A model generated the notes under the pieces. That model did not search any database. It worked only from the letters and a program-made list of their open reading frames with translations, and had not been told where the DNA came from. From contig OZ025761.1 of the NCBI GenBank assembly GCA_964019335.1, forward strand, positions 124,001 to 188,000: DNA of 64,000 nt, written 5' to 3'. The stretch is from Diplonema japonicum (lineage: Eukaryota; Protista; Euglenozoa: Diplonemea). The translations under genes were made by a program, and so were the position numbers. This document shows positions 30,922-43,079 of the stretch, piece after piece (within the stretch, counting starts at the first letter, position 1; each line of letters opens with the position of its first letter).

Positions 30922-33900
30922 CCATCTACCAACGGACCATTTTTGCCCACCAGGGGGTAAATTTTCAAAACTTCAAAAAAAAAAAACTATTCTAGCGCAA
31001 CGCCGGGGCTATATGCCCCCGGAAATGCCTCCAGATGTCCCGATTCTAGAGAGTGGGTGCCCACAGCAGGGCCCGCCCCCACAACATTGTCAAAAATATC
31101 GTTCCTGAAGTACTCGAGAGGGGGTACAAAAAACAAGTCAGCATCAGCAAGCTACAAGAGTCATGAAAACACAATGTTCCAGCCCCGATATTGTGATCGG
31201 ACAAACGAAGTGCCCCAGGAGCTGGAAGCTGTTAGAAGACTGGAACTCTGATCACTGGCCGATTTTAACAAAAGTCCCATACGAAAAAGCAGCGCAAAAA
31301 AGGTGCTACAATTGCAATGGCGAAGGGCGAACTGGTAGAAGTACACTGCGGACCTCGAACAGAAAACCCCGAAGGTCAAGAAATGCAAGGATCCCGAAGA
31401 AGCAATAACGAGAATGACCGCACACCTGAAGATTGCGGCAAAGGCGAACATCCCCCTCATTCCGCGAAGACCAGTAGAGCAGACGAAGCTATGGTGGACG
31501 GAAGAGGTGAAAAAGCTGCAAGAGAAAGAAAACAAATTGAAAATGAAAATTGGGACTGAAGGAGGCACAAAGGAGGAAGGAGAGAAACTGCAACGATTAG
31601 TGCAAGAGCTCAGAGAACAAGAGAGACAAGAAAGAGAAAGAGCCTGACAGAGAATCTCGGAGAAGCTGGGAAGTATCCGAGGAACCCGTCGAGGGGCCCG
31701 TCTTCAAGCTAGTAAGGGCGATGGACGGAAAAAAGACGAGAAGCAGCGCAGATCAACCATTAGTCATGGAGGGCAAGGTAATACATGACAAACTACAGAA
31801 GGCGGAAATCCTTGGGGAATACTTTGCATCGATAAGCAAGACCACCCAAGCGCACCACTTCAACCCCGACCACATCCAGCACCCCTTGACCGACTCCGAA
31901 CAGCCATTCAACAACGAAGAATTAAAGAATGCCCTCCGAGAAACCCAGTCCCACAAAAGCCCTGGCATTGATGGCTTGCATAACGAGATGCTAAAGCAGC
32001 TAGGCCCAAAAGCAATGGATGCTCTACTACATGTCACATGGCAAGAAAGCTGCATACCCCAACGCTGGCGCGACGCACTCACGAAGCCCTTACCCAAACC
32101 GATGAAAGACCACACGGAACCAAGCAACTACCGTCCCATTGACCTCACCAGCAACCTGTGTAAGCTGGTCGAAAAGATGATAAAAACGCGGCTTCAATAT
32201 CTGCACGAAGACGGGTTAACACACAAGCGGGCTTCCAAGCAGGCAGGTCGACCGTGGAGCAGATAGCAGCGCTAACGCAACACTGAAGGACGGGCAAGCA
32301 GACAAAAAGGTAACCTTCTCGATATTCTTAGATTTCGAGAAGGCCTTTGACACAGGACAAAAGACACGATTGATGGAGAAGCTGGTAGATATGAACCTTC
32401 CCCCACTGTACCTGAACTGGATTGGGGCATTCCTGCTCAACAGACAAGCAGCAGTGATCATGGACGGGGTGAAGGGAACGAACCGCTACAAAGAGGAAGG
32501 GAACGGCTCTCACCACTGCTGTTCCTCTACTACGTGGACGACATTGCAAGGACGCTGGAGGCAGAAGGACACGGTGTCCTGGCATCTCTGTACGCGGACG
32601 ACATGGCGGCAGTTGTCACAGGAGACAACCTAGAAGAGGCACAGAAGAAGGCACAAGAAGTACTCGACAAGATCGATGCATGGGCCAAAAGCTGGGGACT
32701 GAAACTGTCGCGCAAGAAAACCTGCTTCATGACAACCGGCACCACGGACAAGAACAAGGAGCGCTGTTCTTCAAGGAAGGCCCGCAAACGACAACCGTGC
32801 AATACAACGAAAACCCCATGTTCCTGGGTGTGATCTTCGACGAGAAGATAACCTTCAAAGCCCACATGAGGTACGTAAAAACACGGCTCAAAGAAAGGAT
32901 CAGGGTGATGTGGGCGCTGTCAGGCACGGAATGGGGGAGCATGGCATCCACCCTCAGGGCGGTATACCTGACCTTCGCCCAGTAGTGACCTACGCTCTGG
33001 GAATCTACGGACCAATGCTAACTGACAAGGACATGACGGATCTCCAGAAAATCCACAACACCGCAGCCAGGTGCATCACAGGCTGCCACCCCTCGACCCC
33101 CATCGAATCCCTTTTGAGGATAGCGCGACTCTGGCCGATCAAGAGTCTAATCCGCAACGAGACCTCCATCTGGTACGAACGGTTCCAACGGATGGAAGGA
33201 ACAAGCGGGTACAAGGCGGCACAGGGGACAGGGAAGGACAAGTCGTGGCTCTACAACGCACGAGAAAGGGAAAGAGCACTGAAGATGAACGAGAGCGAAC
33301 GAGCACCGCTCCACAGGAAAGCGGCCATCCCACCTTGGGAGTGGGGAGTACTTGAAAGGCTTGAAATAAGAACAGAAGGTAGTGGTACAAAGAAGCTGGA
33401 GAAGACAGAGCTGCCCTCCAAACGATCGCCAGACTACCGAAGGCCGACATCACTGTGTACACCGACGGGTCGGTCGCAGAAGGCAGGGGTGGAGCAGGGA
33501 TCCTGATCGAGCGGGTCGATGGAACAACGGAGCTCAGCACAGGAGTTTGCACCCACTGCGACAGCTACCAGGCGGAGATGTCGGCGATCAGCACTGCACT
33601 CACAAAGCTGAACGGAGAGAACACACAGGACAAGCAGATCAACCTCCTGACGGACTCGATGTCTTGCTACAGAAACTAAAGCAGGGCCCCGCAAGGCAAC
33701 AAGAGGACATGGTGGTCGAAGTGTGGCATGGCATACACACACTGAGAGGGAACCAACTCACTGCTGCTACATCCCGGGCCACTGCGGGCTGGAAGGAAAT
33801 GAGAAGGCTGACGACCTAGCCGGACGAGGCAGGGACGAAGAGGCAACCCGAAAGATCAGCATGAGCGCAGCAAAGAACTACCTATTACAATCTGAGAAAA

Positions 33901-34318
33901 GAGAGTTTCTAGCAGGCTTGGACAAAAAGAAGACCTACTTCAGATGCGCAGGGAAGCACCCAAGAGGATGGAGGGACTCAGCAGACGAGAGGAAGTACTC
34001 ATCAACCGACTGAAATCCGGGCACCACGAACTGTTAAAAGAGAACTACAAGCCACGCACTTGCGAAAGCTGCGGCCCCACAACAGAGAGAACACTCGAAC
34101 ACCTCCTCCTAAAGTGCCCTGCAACCGAAGCGGCGAGGGCGAAGCACTTCGACACCCTGACGCTGAAGCACGTCCTAGTGGAAGAACCCCGAAAGCGATC
34201 CTGTTTCTCGCCGAAACAGAGATGCAACCCCCCAGCACAGCAGCCGACCGAACAGACGCAGCAGTGTGAAGAAAATAGAAAACCCCCCAACGAACTTTTC
34301 CCCACCCCATAACGTGAT

Positions 34319-34362
<44 letters not shown>

Positions 34363-34392
34363 TACTGAGGTCCGGCACCCGCAGTAGCCAAG

Positions 34393-34423
<31 letters not shown>

Positions 34424-35518
34424 GTAAAGTGCCAAACAACCAGCAAAGCTTGTGGGATGAGAACACCAGTACGGTCATGAGTACCCGGGCAACCGGGTGA
34501 GCGTCTCGAGACACTTCCAACCCACCTAGTGGGTGCGGCCTTAGCAAGTCGAAAAAGAAGTGGAATTTAAAAAAAAATTCTCTTTTGGCCGACACGCCAA
34601 ATTTGACTTCACCAGAACATCCAACGTCGACAGAAAGCGCACAGGCTTGATGGCATGCCACGTTGTGGTGCAAAGGATGCTCACGTGCTGGTGGAACTGG
34701 GTGTCCCCACAGGGTGCGCGTCCTTGGGCTTGCGGACTCGCTTCTTTGGGGCATCCGTGATCTCCGGGAGGCCTTCGCGATAGGTAGAAGTCAGCACACT
34801 TGTTTGTTTCGCTGTGGAAACACAGATTTCCCAGAATAGTCAAAAAGCGGTCTCTTGACATGACGGTGGCCCAGGGGTGTGGTTGAGAGGCGTGGAGCCA
34901 GTGCACCAGTAGTCAGAATAATCTGGCTTGATATCCAAGTCCATCGACAAAAGGGCACCTAGGAAGGTACGCAGAGAAGCAGCATCGAGATCAGGGAAAC
35001 ACCTTTTTTAGCCGCATTTGCCACATTGTTCGAAGTTATGACCTAAATAACGTTTGGGACGAGCATTTGGGAGAATATATGGCGTTGAGCCTCTGATGTC
35101 AAAACAGGGTCCACAAGGATTCCGATCTTCACGAAACCGGATGCCTTCCAACCGCTCCGGCTTTGCTGTCCAATCACCCTGCTGTGACTCGGAATCGGTC
35201 GAATTCGAATCAGAATCACTGCTCGTATCAAAATTGCATAATAGGGATGAGCCATCAGTGCTGCCATCACTCATAATGTCCTCTTCCGGCCTCTTTCTGG
35301 GTGCCCTTTTTTGAAGTGATTTTTAAGGGTAAATTTGGGCTGGCGTTTCTTTTATTTTTCGTTTTCTTGCAAAGTTAGGGCACATTTAGTTTATATTTTT
35401 CATATTTTCCGCGCAGGACCCCGGATGCGAGAAGTAGCCGGGCTGTATTGCATTGAAAGCCCTTTGCGCAAAATATTTTTTCCAAATCGTCTCTATATAG
35501 ACGCTCGTTGGTAGATAG
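30922..35518 (-). mobile_element. piggyBac element (defective) with nested ingi-like LINE
   Basis: TTAA at 30918-30921 and 35519-35522; TIR ccatctaccaacg / cgttggtagatag; inverted copy of 39407-40897. Confidence 0.85.
31072..34578 (+). mobile_element. 5'-truncated ingi/I-clade LINE (APE end, RT, RNase H, Zn finger), frameshifted
   Basis: SDHWPI; KSPGIDG, SNYRPIDLTS, DFEKAFD, YADD; YTDGS, AEM.AI, TDS, PGHCGLEGNEKAD; CESC...HLLLKCP; poly-A. Confidence 0.9.
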
Positions 35519-35528
35519 TTAAAAAGAA

Positions 35529-36686
35529 ATGAGCCTGACGGTGTTCATCAAGATGGAGAACAAGGAGACGCACGAGGTGGAGCTAAAAGGCCATGACACT
35601 GTGAAAGACCTGTACAGAAGGGCGGGGAAGGCTGCTGCGGTGGAGGAAAAGACTTTTCTTTTGTATTTCGAAGGTGCAGTACTGAACGAGGAACTGGACG
35701 AGACTCTCGGTGGGAATGAGATACAGCACCTTGGGATGTGGGAGGGGTGCGAGCTCCTTCTCTGCTGCAATGTCCGCAACACGATGTGTGTCATTTCACA
35801 GGAGCTGTCTTTTCAAATGGGGGCGATAGAAAGGCGTTTGGAGGAGGACCCTGACCTTCTTCTTCAGGTAGATACGTCGGGTGTGGGGAACGACATGCAC
35901 CTATACATATCCCAGTACAGTCTTCATAAGAATCTTCGTCACCTCAAAGTGACGGACCCTGGTCAGTGTGTGACCCACATTAGGGATGGCTTCTTACGGG
36001 AATGTACATCCCTTGTGACCGTGGACCTCACCTCCCTTCAGAGTGTTCGAGAAGTTGGAAATAACTTCATGACGAGATGCACTGCATTGCAAAGTGTTGA
36101 CCTCACCCCTTTCCACAGGGTCACGTCTGTGGGAAGGCCGAAGACCTACAGGAACAGCTTGCTGTGTGAATGCGAGTCTTTGACAGAGGTGGATTTAAGC
36201 CCTCTTCGAAATGTAGACACCATCACTGACTACTTTCTGAGTGGGTGCAAGTCTTTGAAGGTTGTTGACCTGAGCCCGCTTCGCAACGTTAAGACAATTG
36301 GTGTATACTTCCTGGCTTACTGCTCGTCCTTAGAGAGAGTCGATCTGAGCCCGCTGAGTAAGCTGACTACACTGAACGGAGGGTTCATGACAGGCTGCAC
36401 GTCTCTGAGGACGCTCAACGTTAACCCCCTTCGAAACGTGACAATAATCGACCATGATTTCCTTGCGCACAACGATTCTCTAACCTCTGTTGAGCTCGGT
36501 CGGTTGCGCTTGAAGTGTGCAGGTTGGAAGTTTCTCGCACACTGCCCTTCCTTGACTTCGGTCGACCTTACCAACCTTAGAAAATGCGTAACGATGGTCG
36601 GGTGTCACTTCATGGAAGGCTGCGATAGCATACCCGAAGAGGATCGCAGCACGCCGCAAGAGAACTGTGGTTGTGCTGTGAGTTGA
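35529..36686 (+). CDS. UBL-LRR protein with C-terminal CaaX (CAVS)
   Basis: Conserved UBL, eight LRRs, ends ENCGCAVS*. Confidence 0.85.
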   Translation: MSLTVFIKMENKETHEVELKGHDTVKDLYRRAGKAAAVEEKTFLLYFEGAVLNEELDETLGGNEIQHLGMWEGCELLLCCNVRNTMCVISQELSFQMGAIERRLEEDPDLLLQVDTSGVGNDMHLYISQYSLHKNLRHLKVTDPGQCVTHIRDGFLRECTSLVTVDLTSLQSVREVGNNFMTRCTALQSVDLTPFHRVTSVGRPKTYRNSLLCECESLTEVDLSPLRNVDTITDYFLSGCKSLKVVDLSPLRNVKTIGVYFLAYCSSLERVDLSPLSKLTTLNGGFMTGCTSLRTLNVNPLRNVTIIDHDFLAHNDSLTSVELGRLRLKCAGWKFLAHCPSLTSVDLTNLRKCVTMVGCHFMEGCDSIPEEDRSTPQENCGCAVS

Positions 36687-36776
36687 ATCCTAACCCCCCC
36701 CCTCAACCATCCCTTCTTTTCCTTCCATTTAGGGAAACAGCTCTTTAGCCTTTTTTTCAACAAAAAGGTAGGTGAA

Positions 36777-37823
36777 ATGAGCCTAACGGCGTTTATCAAG
36801 ACGGAGAACAAGGAGACGCACGAGGTAGAGCTAAGAGGCCTTGACACTGTGAAGGATGTGTACAGGAAGGCGGGGAAGGCTGCTGCGGTGGAGGTGGGAA
36901 CCTTCCTCTTGCATTTTGATGGTGAAGAACTAAAGATCGACACCTTCGGTGTGAATGAGATACAGCACCTTGGGATGTGGGAGGGGTGCGAGCTCCTTCT
37001 CTGCTGCAATGTCCGCAACACGATGTGTGTCCTTTCACAGGAGCTGTCTTCAGAAAGAGACAAGGAAGGCAATAGAACGGCGTTTGGAGGAGGACCCTGA
37101 CCTTCTTCTTCAGGTGGAGGCAAATGATCTACATCTTGACTTCTCCTCTGAAGACGTCCCTTCTGGCCTTCGTCACCTCCGAGTGACGGACCCCGAGCAG
37201 TGTGTGACCTGCATTCCGAATCTCTTCCTAAATAGATGCAAGTCCCTTGTCACCCTTGACTTCACCTCTCTTCAGAATGTTATGGAGGTGGGATATTGTT
37301 TTCTTTTTGGATGCAAGTCATTGCAGGCTGTTGACCTTTCCCCCTTTCGCAACATCACAAAGGTAAGACCTGGTTTCTTTCTGACTGCGAATCCCTGACA
37401 GGAGTGGATTTAGGACCCCTTCAGAACGTAACAGTGGTGGGCTGTTGCTTCATGTCTCACTGCATCTCTCTGCAAACCCTTGATGTGGCCCCTCTTCGGA
37501 ATGTAACGACGATCGGCCACAATTTTCTCAGCTCCTGCAGTTCCCTCACTTCTGTGGATCTTGGCCTTCGTGATGTGGCGTCGGTGGGCGATAAGTTTCT
37601 CAGCTGTTGCAGGTGCCTCACTTCTGTTGACCTCAGTGCGATGCCGAACTTGACAAAGTTAGGGGGTAGGTTTCTTTCTGACTGCAGTTCTCTGACCACT
37701 GTTAACCTCGGTACCCTGAGGGAGAGGGTTACAGATGTCGGGTATCGCTACATGGCTGGCTGCAACAAGTTACCTTCCACGCAGCGCAAGAGGCCAGGGA
37801 AGACTAGCTGTTCTGTGTGTTGA
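36777..37823 (+). pseudogene. UBL-LRR-CaaX paralogue with frameshifts
   Basis: ORF pieces 36777-37100, 36955-37398 and 37404-37823, ending KTSCSVC*. Confidence 0.75.
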
Positions 37824-37959
37824 GCCCCTTCCGGAACCTCAGCGGCAACACCCGTCTTTCTTCTTTTTTTTCGGGCGGCCCTCCATGGGGTTTGTCCTGC
37901 ACTTTGAGCCAGTCGTTCTTCTTTTTTTCTATTCTGACTTTCCACACTCACAACAGGCA

Positions 37960-39250
37960 ATGAGATGCACGCCACTGCTTTGCTTCATCCTGCCGACGGA
38001 TGACGCTGCAACAATCTTCGTTAAGAAGCTGATCATGATTTCGGTGCTTTCATGTTTGGTTGTGCTTGGTTTGGGCATCATAACAGTCGGTGGGAACACG
38101 TTCATTCAGGCAAGGAGGGTGACAAGTGTGGTGGTTGCGACGGCCGTGGTTGCATACGGCCTCCAAAAGGAGCACGACAAAATGAACAAGGTTATCACGG
38201 CGGCCGAGCAGATCTCCACCTCCCTCTCCCGCTTCGACCTCACCGCTGCTGAGTCTGTCATCAACGACGCCTCCCTCCCAGACCCTCTCTACGACTCTTT
38301 CAGCCGCATCCTCTGCAACCTCCACATCTACCGTCCCTACCTTCCGCAGTCCTGTTTCCAGGGTGAAGACTTCACTGATTCCTCTGAGTGTGGAGGGGAA
38401 AAGTCGCCCAGCGACTCGGATTCCTTTGCATCCACTAAGTCATTTAGCTCTTCTGTAGTGTGCTCCGCAAACCACCAACTAGAGTCCACGAAAAGCACTC
38501 GAAGCCACGAGAGCACTCGAAAAGAAGCGATGTACCTTCACTGTGGCGAACATGCTTGGGTCACACAGCGAAGCATCGAGGGACATCGTGGCATACCAAG
38601 TGAGGTACAAGGAGTTCATGGAGGAAGTCCTTTCCTGCTACTCCCGTGTGTCAGGTGTTGTGAGTGTTGTGGTTGGGGACCATGTGCATGTTTCCTTCAA
38701 TGCTGTGAGGAGGTGTGTTAGCCATGCTGTGAATGCAATGCAAGGGACAATGGATCTGCACACTGGGGCCCATGAGAAGGGGATCGATGTGGTGACAGGG
38801 GTGGCGAGCGGGACAGCTTTCTGTGGCCCATTGGGATGTGCTGAGCTCATGTCGGTTGGAGTGATCGGACCCTCTGCTGTGGTGGCTTCTGTGGTTCAGG
38901 ACTTTGCAAGGTCCCAGGGACTGAAGGTAGCCTGCAGTGGCAGTGTGTACAGCGAGGTGTCTCATGCCTTCACAATGCGGATCGTGTTGGAAACGGTGGG
39001 GGTGGGATCGAAGGCTGTTGAGCTTGGGTACGAGGTACTGGTGGAAAGCAAGGACAAGGAGAAAGTCGAGGAGGAGTGGATGTACCAGCTGGAGGAGCGT
39101 CCGTGGGATTCCTACAACACAGCAGGGAAGCAGTACCTCCTTGGGAACGTTGAGGAGGCCCTTCGTGTTCTGAGGATCGAGCGGGTGAGGAGTGAAGAAG
39201 TTCTGGTCGCAGAGACCGTTTTGGTGGCGATGATTATGGAGGGGGCATAG
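37960..39250 (+). pseudogene. Pseudo-cyclase paralogue with most TMs deleted and a frameshift (~38490)
   Basis: Sequence jumps from TM2 to AYGLQKEHDK; the frameshift falls in an A-run. Confidence 0.75.
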
Positions 39251-39406
39251 CATGGAACTAATCACTTTGTGGCGATTGGCTTTGAAATAATTGGTTTCCA
39301 CCAGTTATCAAATGTCTTAAGAAATGAGGGTCGATTTCATAGGAATGAAAATAAGAAAAAAGAAGGAAAAAAAGAAAGGAAACCAACAAATATGAGTAAA
39401 TGTTAA

Positions 39407-40897
39407 CCATCTACCAACGAGCGTCTAAATTTAGACGATTTGAAAAAAAATCTTTTACGCAAAGGGCTTTCAATGCAATACGGCCCGGCCCTTTCTTGCC
39501 GGCGGGGTCCTGCGCGGAAAATATGAAAAATATAAACTAAATGCTGCCCTAACTTAACAAGAAAATGAAAAAATAAAAAAAAACGCCAGCCCAAATTTAC
39601 CCTTAAAAATCACTTCAAAAAAAGGCGCCCGGAAAGAGGCCGGAAGAGGACGTCATGAGTGATGGCAGCACTGATGGCTCATCCCTAAGATACGAATTCG
39701 ACCGATTCCGAGTCACAGCAGGGTGATTGGACAGCAAAGCCGGAGCAATTGGAAGGCATCCGGTTTCGTGAAGATCGGAATCCTTGTGGACCCTGTTTTG
39801 ACATCAAAGGCTCAACGCCATACCATATATTCTCCCAAATGCTCGTCCCAAACTTTATTCGGGTCATAACTTCGAACAATGTGGCAAATGCGGCTAAAAA
39901 AGGTGTCTCCCTGGATCTCGATGCTGCTTCTCTGCGTACCTTCCTAGGTGCCCTTTTGTCGATGGACTTGGATATCAAGCCAGATTATTCTGACTACTGG
40001 TGCACTGGCTCCACGCCTCTCAACCACACCCCTGGGTACGCCACCGTCATGTCAAGAGACCGCTTTTTGACTATTCTGGGAAATCTGTGTTTCCACAGCG
40101 AAACAAACAAGTGTGCTGACTTCTACCTATCGCGAAGGCCTCCCGGAGATCATGGATGCCCCAAAGAAGCGAGTCCGCAAGCCCAAGGACGCGCATCCCG
40201 TGGGGACACAGTTCCACCAGCACGCGAGCATCCTTTGCACCACAACGTGGCATGACATCAAGCCTGTGTGCTTTCTATCGACGTTGGATGTTCCAGTGAT
40301 GTCAAATTTGACCGTCCGCCAAAAGAGAATGAAAGCCGGAAAGGACATCTTGTTCCCCACCAAGTGCATATTTACAACACCGCAATGGGCGGAACCGACG
40401 CTGGGTGACGCTGTGACAAAACGCCATAAACGCACCCTTATGACTTAAAAGTGGCCCCTAAAAGTATTTTCGTACTTGTTAGGTAAATCTCTGGCGAATG
40501 CTTGGCTTGTTTGGAAAGAAGCCTTGCCCCCCAACACCCTGAGTACGAACGACAGTGTATTGACGCCTTTCAAAGAGGCAGTCATCGAAGGGCTACTAGG
40601 GAGGTCAACTACAGAGCAGGCTGCCCCAATACCATGCCCCGAAACACAGAACGAGTGCTCTGAGACCCCAATGCGCCGTGACAGTACCTTCTGGGACCAT
40701 TTCCCCGAAAAAGTAGTGCAACGTGCGGTGCAAGCATTGCAAGTCGAAAAGACCCCTGCTGTGGGCACCCTCTCTAGAATTGGGACATCTGGAGGCATTT
40801 CCGGGGGCATATAGCCCCGGCGTTGCGCTAGAATAGCTTTTTTTGAAGTTTTGAAAATTTACCCCCTGGTTGGCAAAAATGGTCCGTTGGTAGATGG
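39407..40897 (+). mobile_element. Internally deleted piggyBac transposon
   Basis: TTAA TSD (39403-39406, 40898-40901); perfect 13-bp TIR ccatctaccaacg; transposase remnant LRTFLGALLSM...DYW...MSRDRFLTILGNLCF. Confidence 0.9.
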
Positions 40898-41036
40898 TTA
40901 ACTTACATTCCATTTTCCGCTTCATGCAGAACTCGAAAGACGCCGTGGATGCTCCGAAGTTGAAGGAGTACAGGTTTGCGACAGCTTAGTTCCTATCAAA
41001 ATGAATTTTTAAATCTTTTGGTACCCACAACAGGAA

Positions 41037-42713
41037 ATGAGATGCACGCCACTGCTTTGCTTCATCCTGCCGACGGATGACGCTGCAACAATCTTCGTTA
41101 AGAAGCTGATCATGATTTCGGTGCTTTCAGGTCTCGTTGTGCTTGGTTCGAACCTCATAACAGTCGGTGGGAACACGTTCATTCAGGCAAGGAGGGTAGC
41201 AACTGTTGTGATCGCGGCGTCCGTGGGGGCGCAGCTCGTGATCGAGAAGAAGGTGCGGCTTGGAGTATTTGAGGCTTTTTTATACTTTATGGGTGTCGTG
41301 TTTTGCATGGGGGACCTTGTAGCAATTGCAGCGCTGGATGGGGAAAGGATGTGGCCTTTCTTCATACTGATGATTGATGTGTGCCTCGTGTGCAAGATGC
41401 CCACGCGAGTCAGCACTATCCTCATAGCCATGCTCCTCACATGGCTCCTTGTTGTTACCGTCGAGAGCTCTTTCCGATTTGGGCTCTTCGACCTCTTCTT
41501 CCTAACCAGCCAAGAGGACCGCTTCGAGGTTGTGGACTGCACTGAGCTCCCCTGCAAGTTACCTGTCACTCAAGCATCTGCTGGTTTCATTTCCAAGAGC
41601 GTTATTTTCCTCCTGGACTTCTACTTCACCCGTGGCTTTGCATACGACCTCCAAAAGGAGCACGACAAGATGAACAAGGTTATCACGGCGGCCGAACAGA
41701 TCTCCACCTCCCTCTCCCGCTTCGACCTCACCGCTGCTGAGTCTGTCATCAACGACGCCTCCCTCCCAGACCCCCTCTACGACTCTTTCAACTGTATCCT
41801 TTGCAACCTTCACATCTACCGTCCCTACCTTCCCCAGTCTTGTTTCCAGGGTGAAGGGTCGAACAGCTCCTCTGCTTCCTTCATCAGCAAGGAAGCGTCT
41901 ACAAAATCACATCTCTCTTCTTCGGCTACCTTCGGAGAGTCTTCTTTACATTATCAACCAGAATTCACGAGAGCACTCGAAAAGAGGAGATGTACCTTCA
42001 CTGTGGCGAACATGCTTGGGTCACACAGCGAAGCATCGAGGGACATCGTGGCATACCAAATGAGGTACAAGGAGTTCATGGAGAAAGTCCTTTCCTGCTA
42101 CTCCCGTGTGTCAGGTGTTGTGAGTGTTGTGGTTGGGGACCATGTGCATGTTTCCTTCAATGCTGTGAGGAGGTGTGTAAGCCATGCTGTGAATGCAATG
42201 CAAGGGACAATGGATCTGCACACTGGGGCCCATGAGAAGGGGATCGATGTGGTGACAGGGGTGGCGAGCGGGACAGCTTTCTGTGGCCCATTGGGATGTG
42301 CTGAGCTCATGTCGGTTGGAGTGATCGGGCCCTCTGCTGTGGTGGCTTCTGTGGTTCAGGACTTTGCAAGGTCCCAGGGACTGAAGGTAGCCTGCAGTGG
42401 CAGTGTGTACAGCGAGGTGTCTCATGCCTTCACAATGCGGATCGTGTTGGAAACGGTGGGGGTGGTGGGATCGAAGGCTGTTGAGCTTGGGTACGAGGTA
42501 CTGGTGGAAAGCAAGGACAAGGAGAAAGTCGAGGAGGAGTGGATGTACCAGCTGGAGGAGCGTCCGTGGGATTCCTACAACACAGCAGGGAAGCAGTACC
42601 TCCTTGGGAACGTTGAGGAGGCCCTTCGTGTTCTGAGGATCGAACGGGTGAGGAGTGAAGAAGTTCTGGTCGCAGAGACCGTTTTGGTGGAGAAGATTAT
42701 TGAGGGGGCATAA
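41037..42713 (+). CDS. Multi-TM pseudo-cyclase (copy with a distinct Ser-rich linker)
   Basis: 558-aa intact ORF of the family. Confidence 0.75.
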   Translation: MRCTPLLCFILPTDDAATIFVKKLIMISVLSGLVVLGSNLITVGGNTFIQARRVATVVIAASVGAQLVIEKKVRLGVFEAFLYFMGVVFCMGDLVAIAALDGERMWPFFILMIDVCLVCKMPTRVSTILIAMLLTWLLVVTVESSFRFGLFDLFFLTSQEDRFEVVDCTELPCKLPVTQASAGFISKSVIFLLDFYFTRGFAYDLQKEHDKMNKVITAAEQISTSLSRFDLTAAESVINDASLPDPLYDSFNCILCNLHIYRPYLPQSCFQGEGSNSSSASFISKEASTKSHLSSSATFGESSLHYQPEFTRALEKRRCTFTVANMLGSHSEASRDIVAYQMRYKEFMEKVLSCYSRVSGVVSVVVGDHVHVSFNAVRRCVSHAVNAMQGTMDLHTGAHEKGIDVVTGVASGTAFCGPLGCAELMSVGVIGPSAVVASVVQDFARSQGLKVACSGSVYSEVSHAFTMRIVLETVGVVGSKAVELGYEVLVESKDKEKVEEEWMYQLEERPWDSYNTAGKQYLLGNVEEALRVLRIERVRSEEVLVAETVLVEKIIEGA

Positions 42714-43079
42714 CATGGAACTAATCACTTTGTGGCGATTGTCTTTGAAATGATTGGTTTCCACCAGTTATCAAATGACTCCAGCCTGCTTTCTGCCTTC
42801 TGTCGCTTTCAACAACATTTCAGCACCTGCTTTCAGATGGGTTAACCTGTATTCTTATTTCTCTTCTGCGAGGCCTTTTTTTCTCTTTTAATCTTTGTGA
42901 GAGCACAGGCTGCTAGCTAGACCCCAAGTTTGGATAGCGGTTTGGGGAGGTGTATTGAGCATTCTTTGAGGACCGAGAGTTTCGGCATTTTTTACCCAAG
43001 GGGCTAATTTGAGCATTGAGAAGCTTTGGACATTTTGGAAGATTAGGGGGTTAGCATCCCCCCCCTTTATTTCGCAGAC

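Noticed and set aside
38651-39301. Recurrent 216-aa antisense ORF in cyclase copies (also 42111-42764, 49071-49724)
   Set aside because: Shadow of near-identical sense genes; truncated in other copies and has no motifs.
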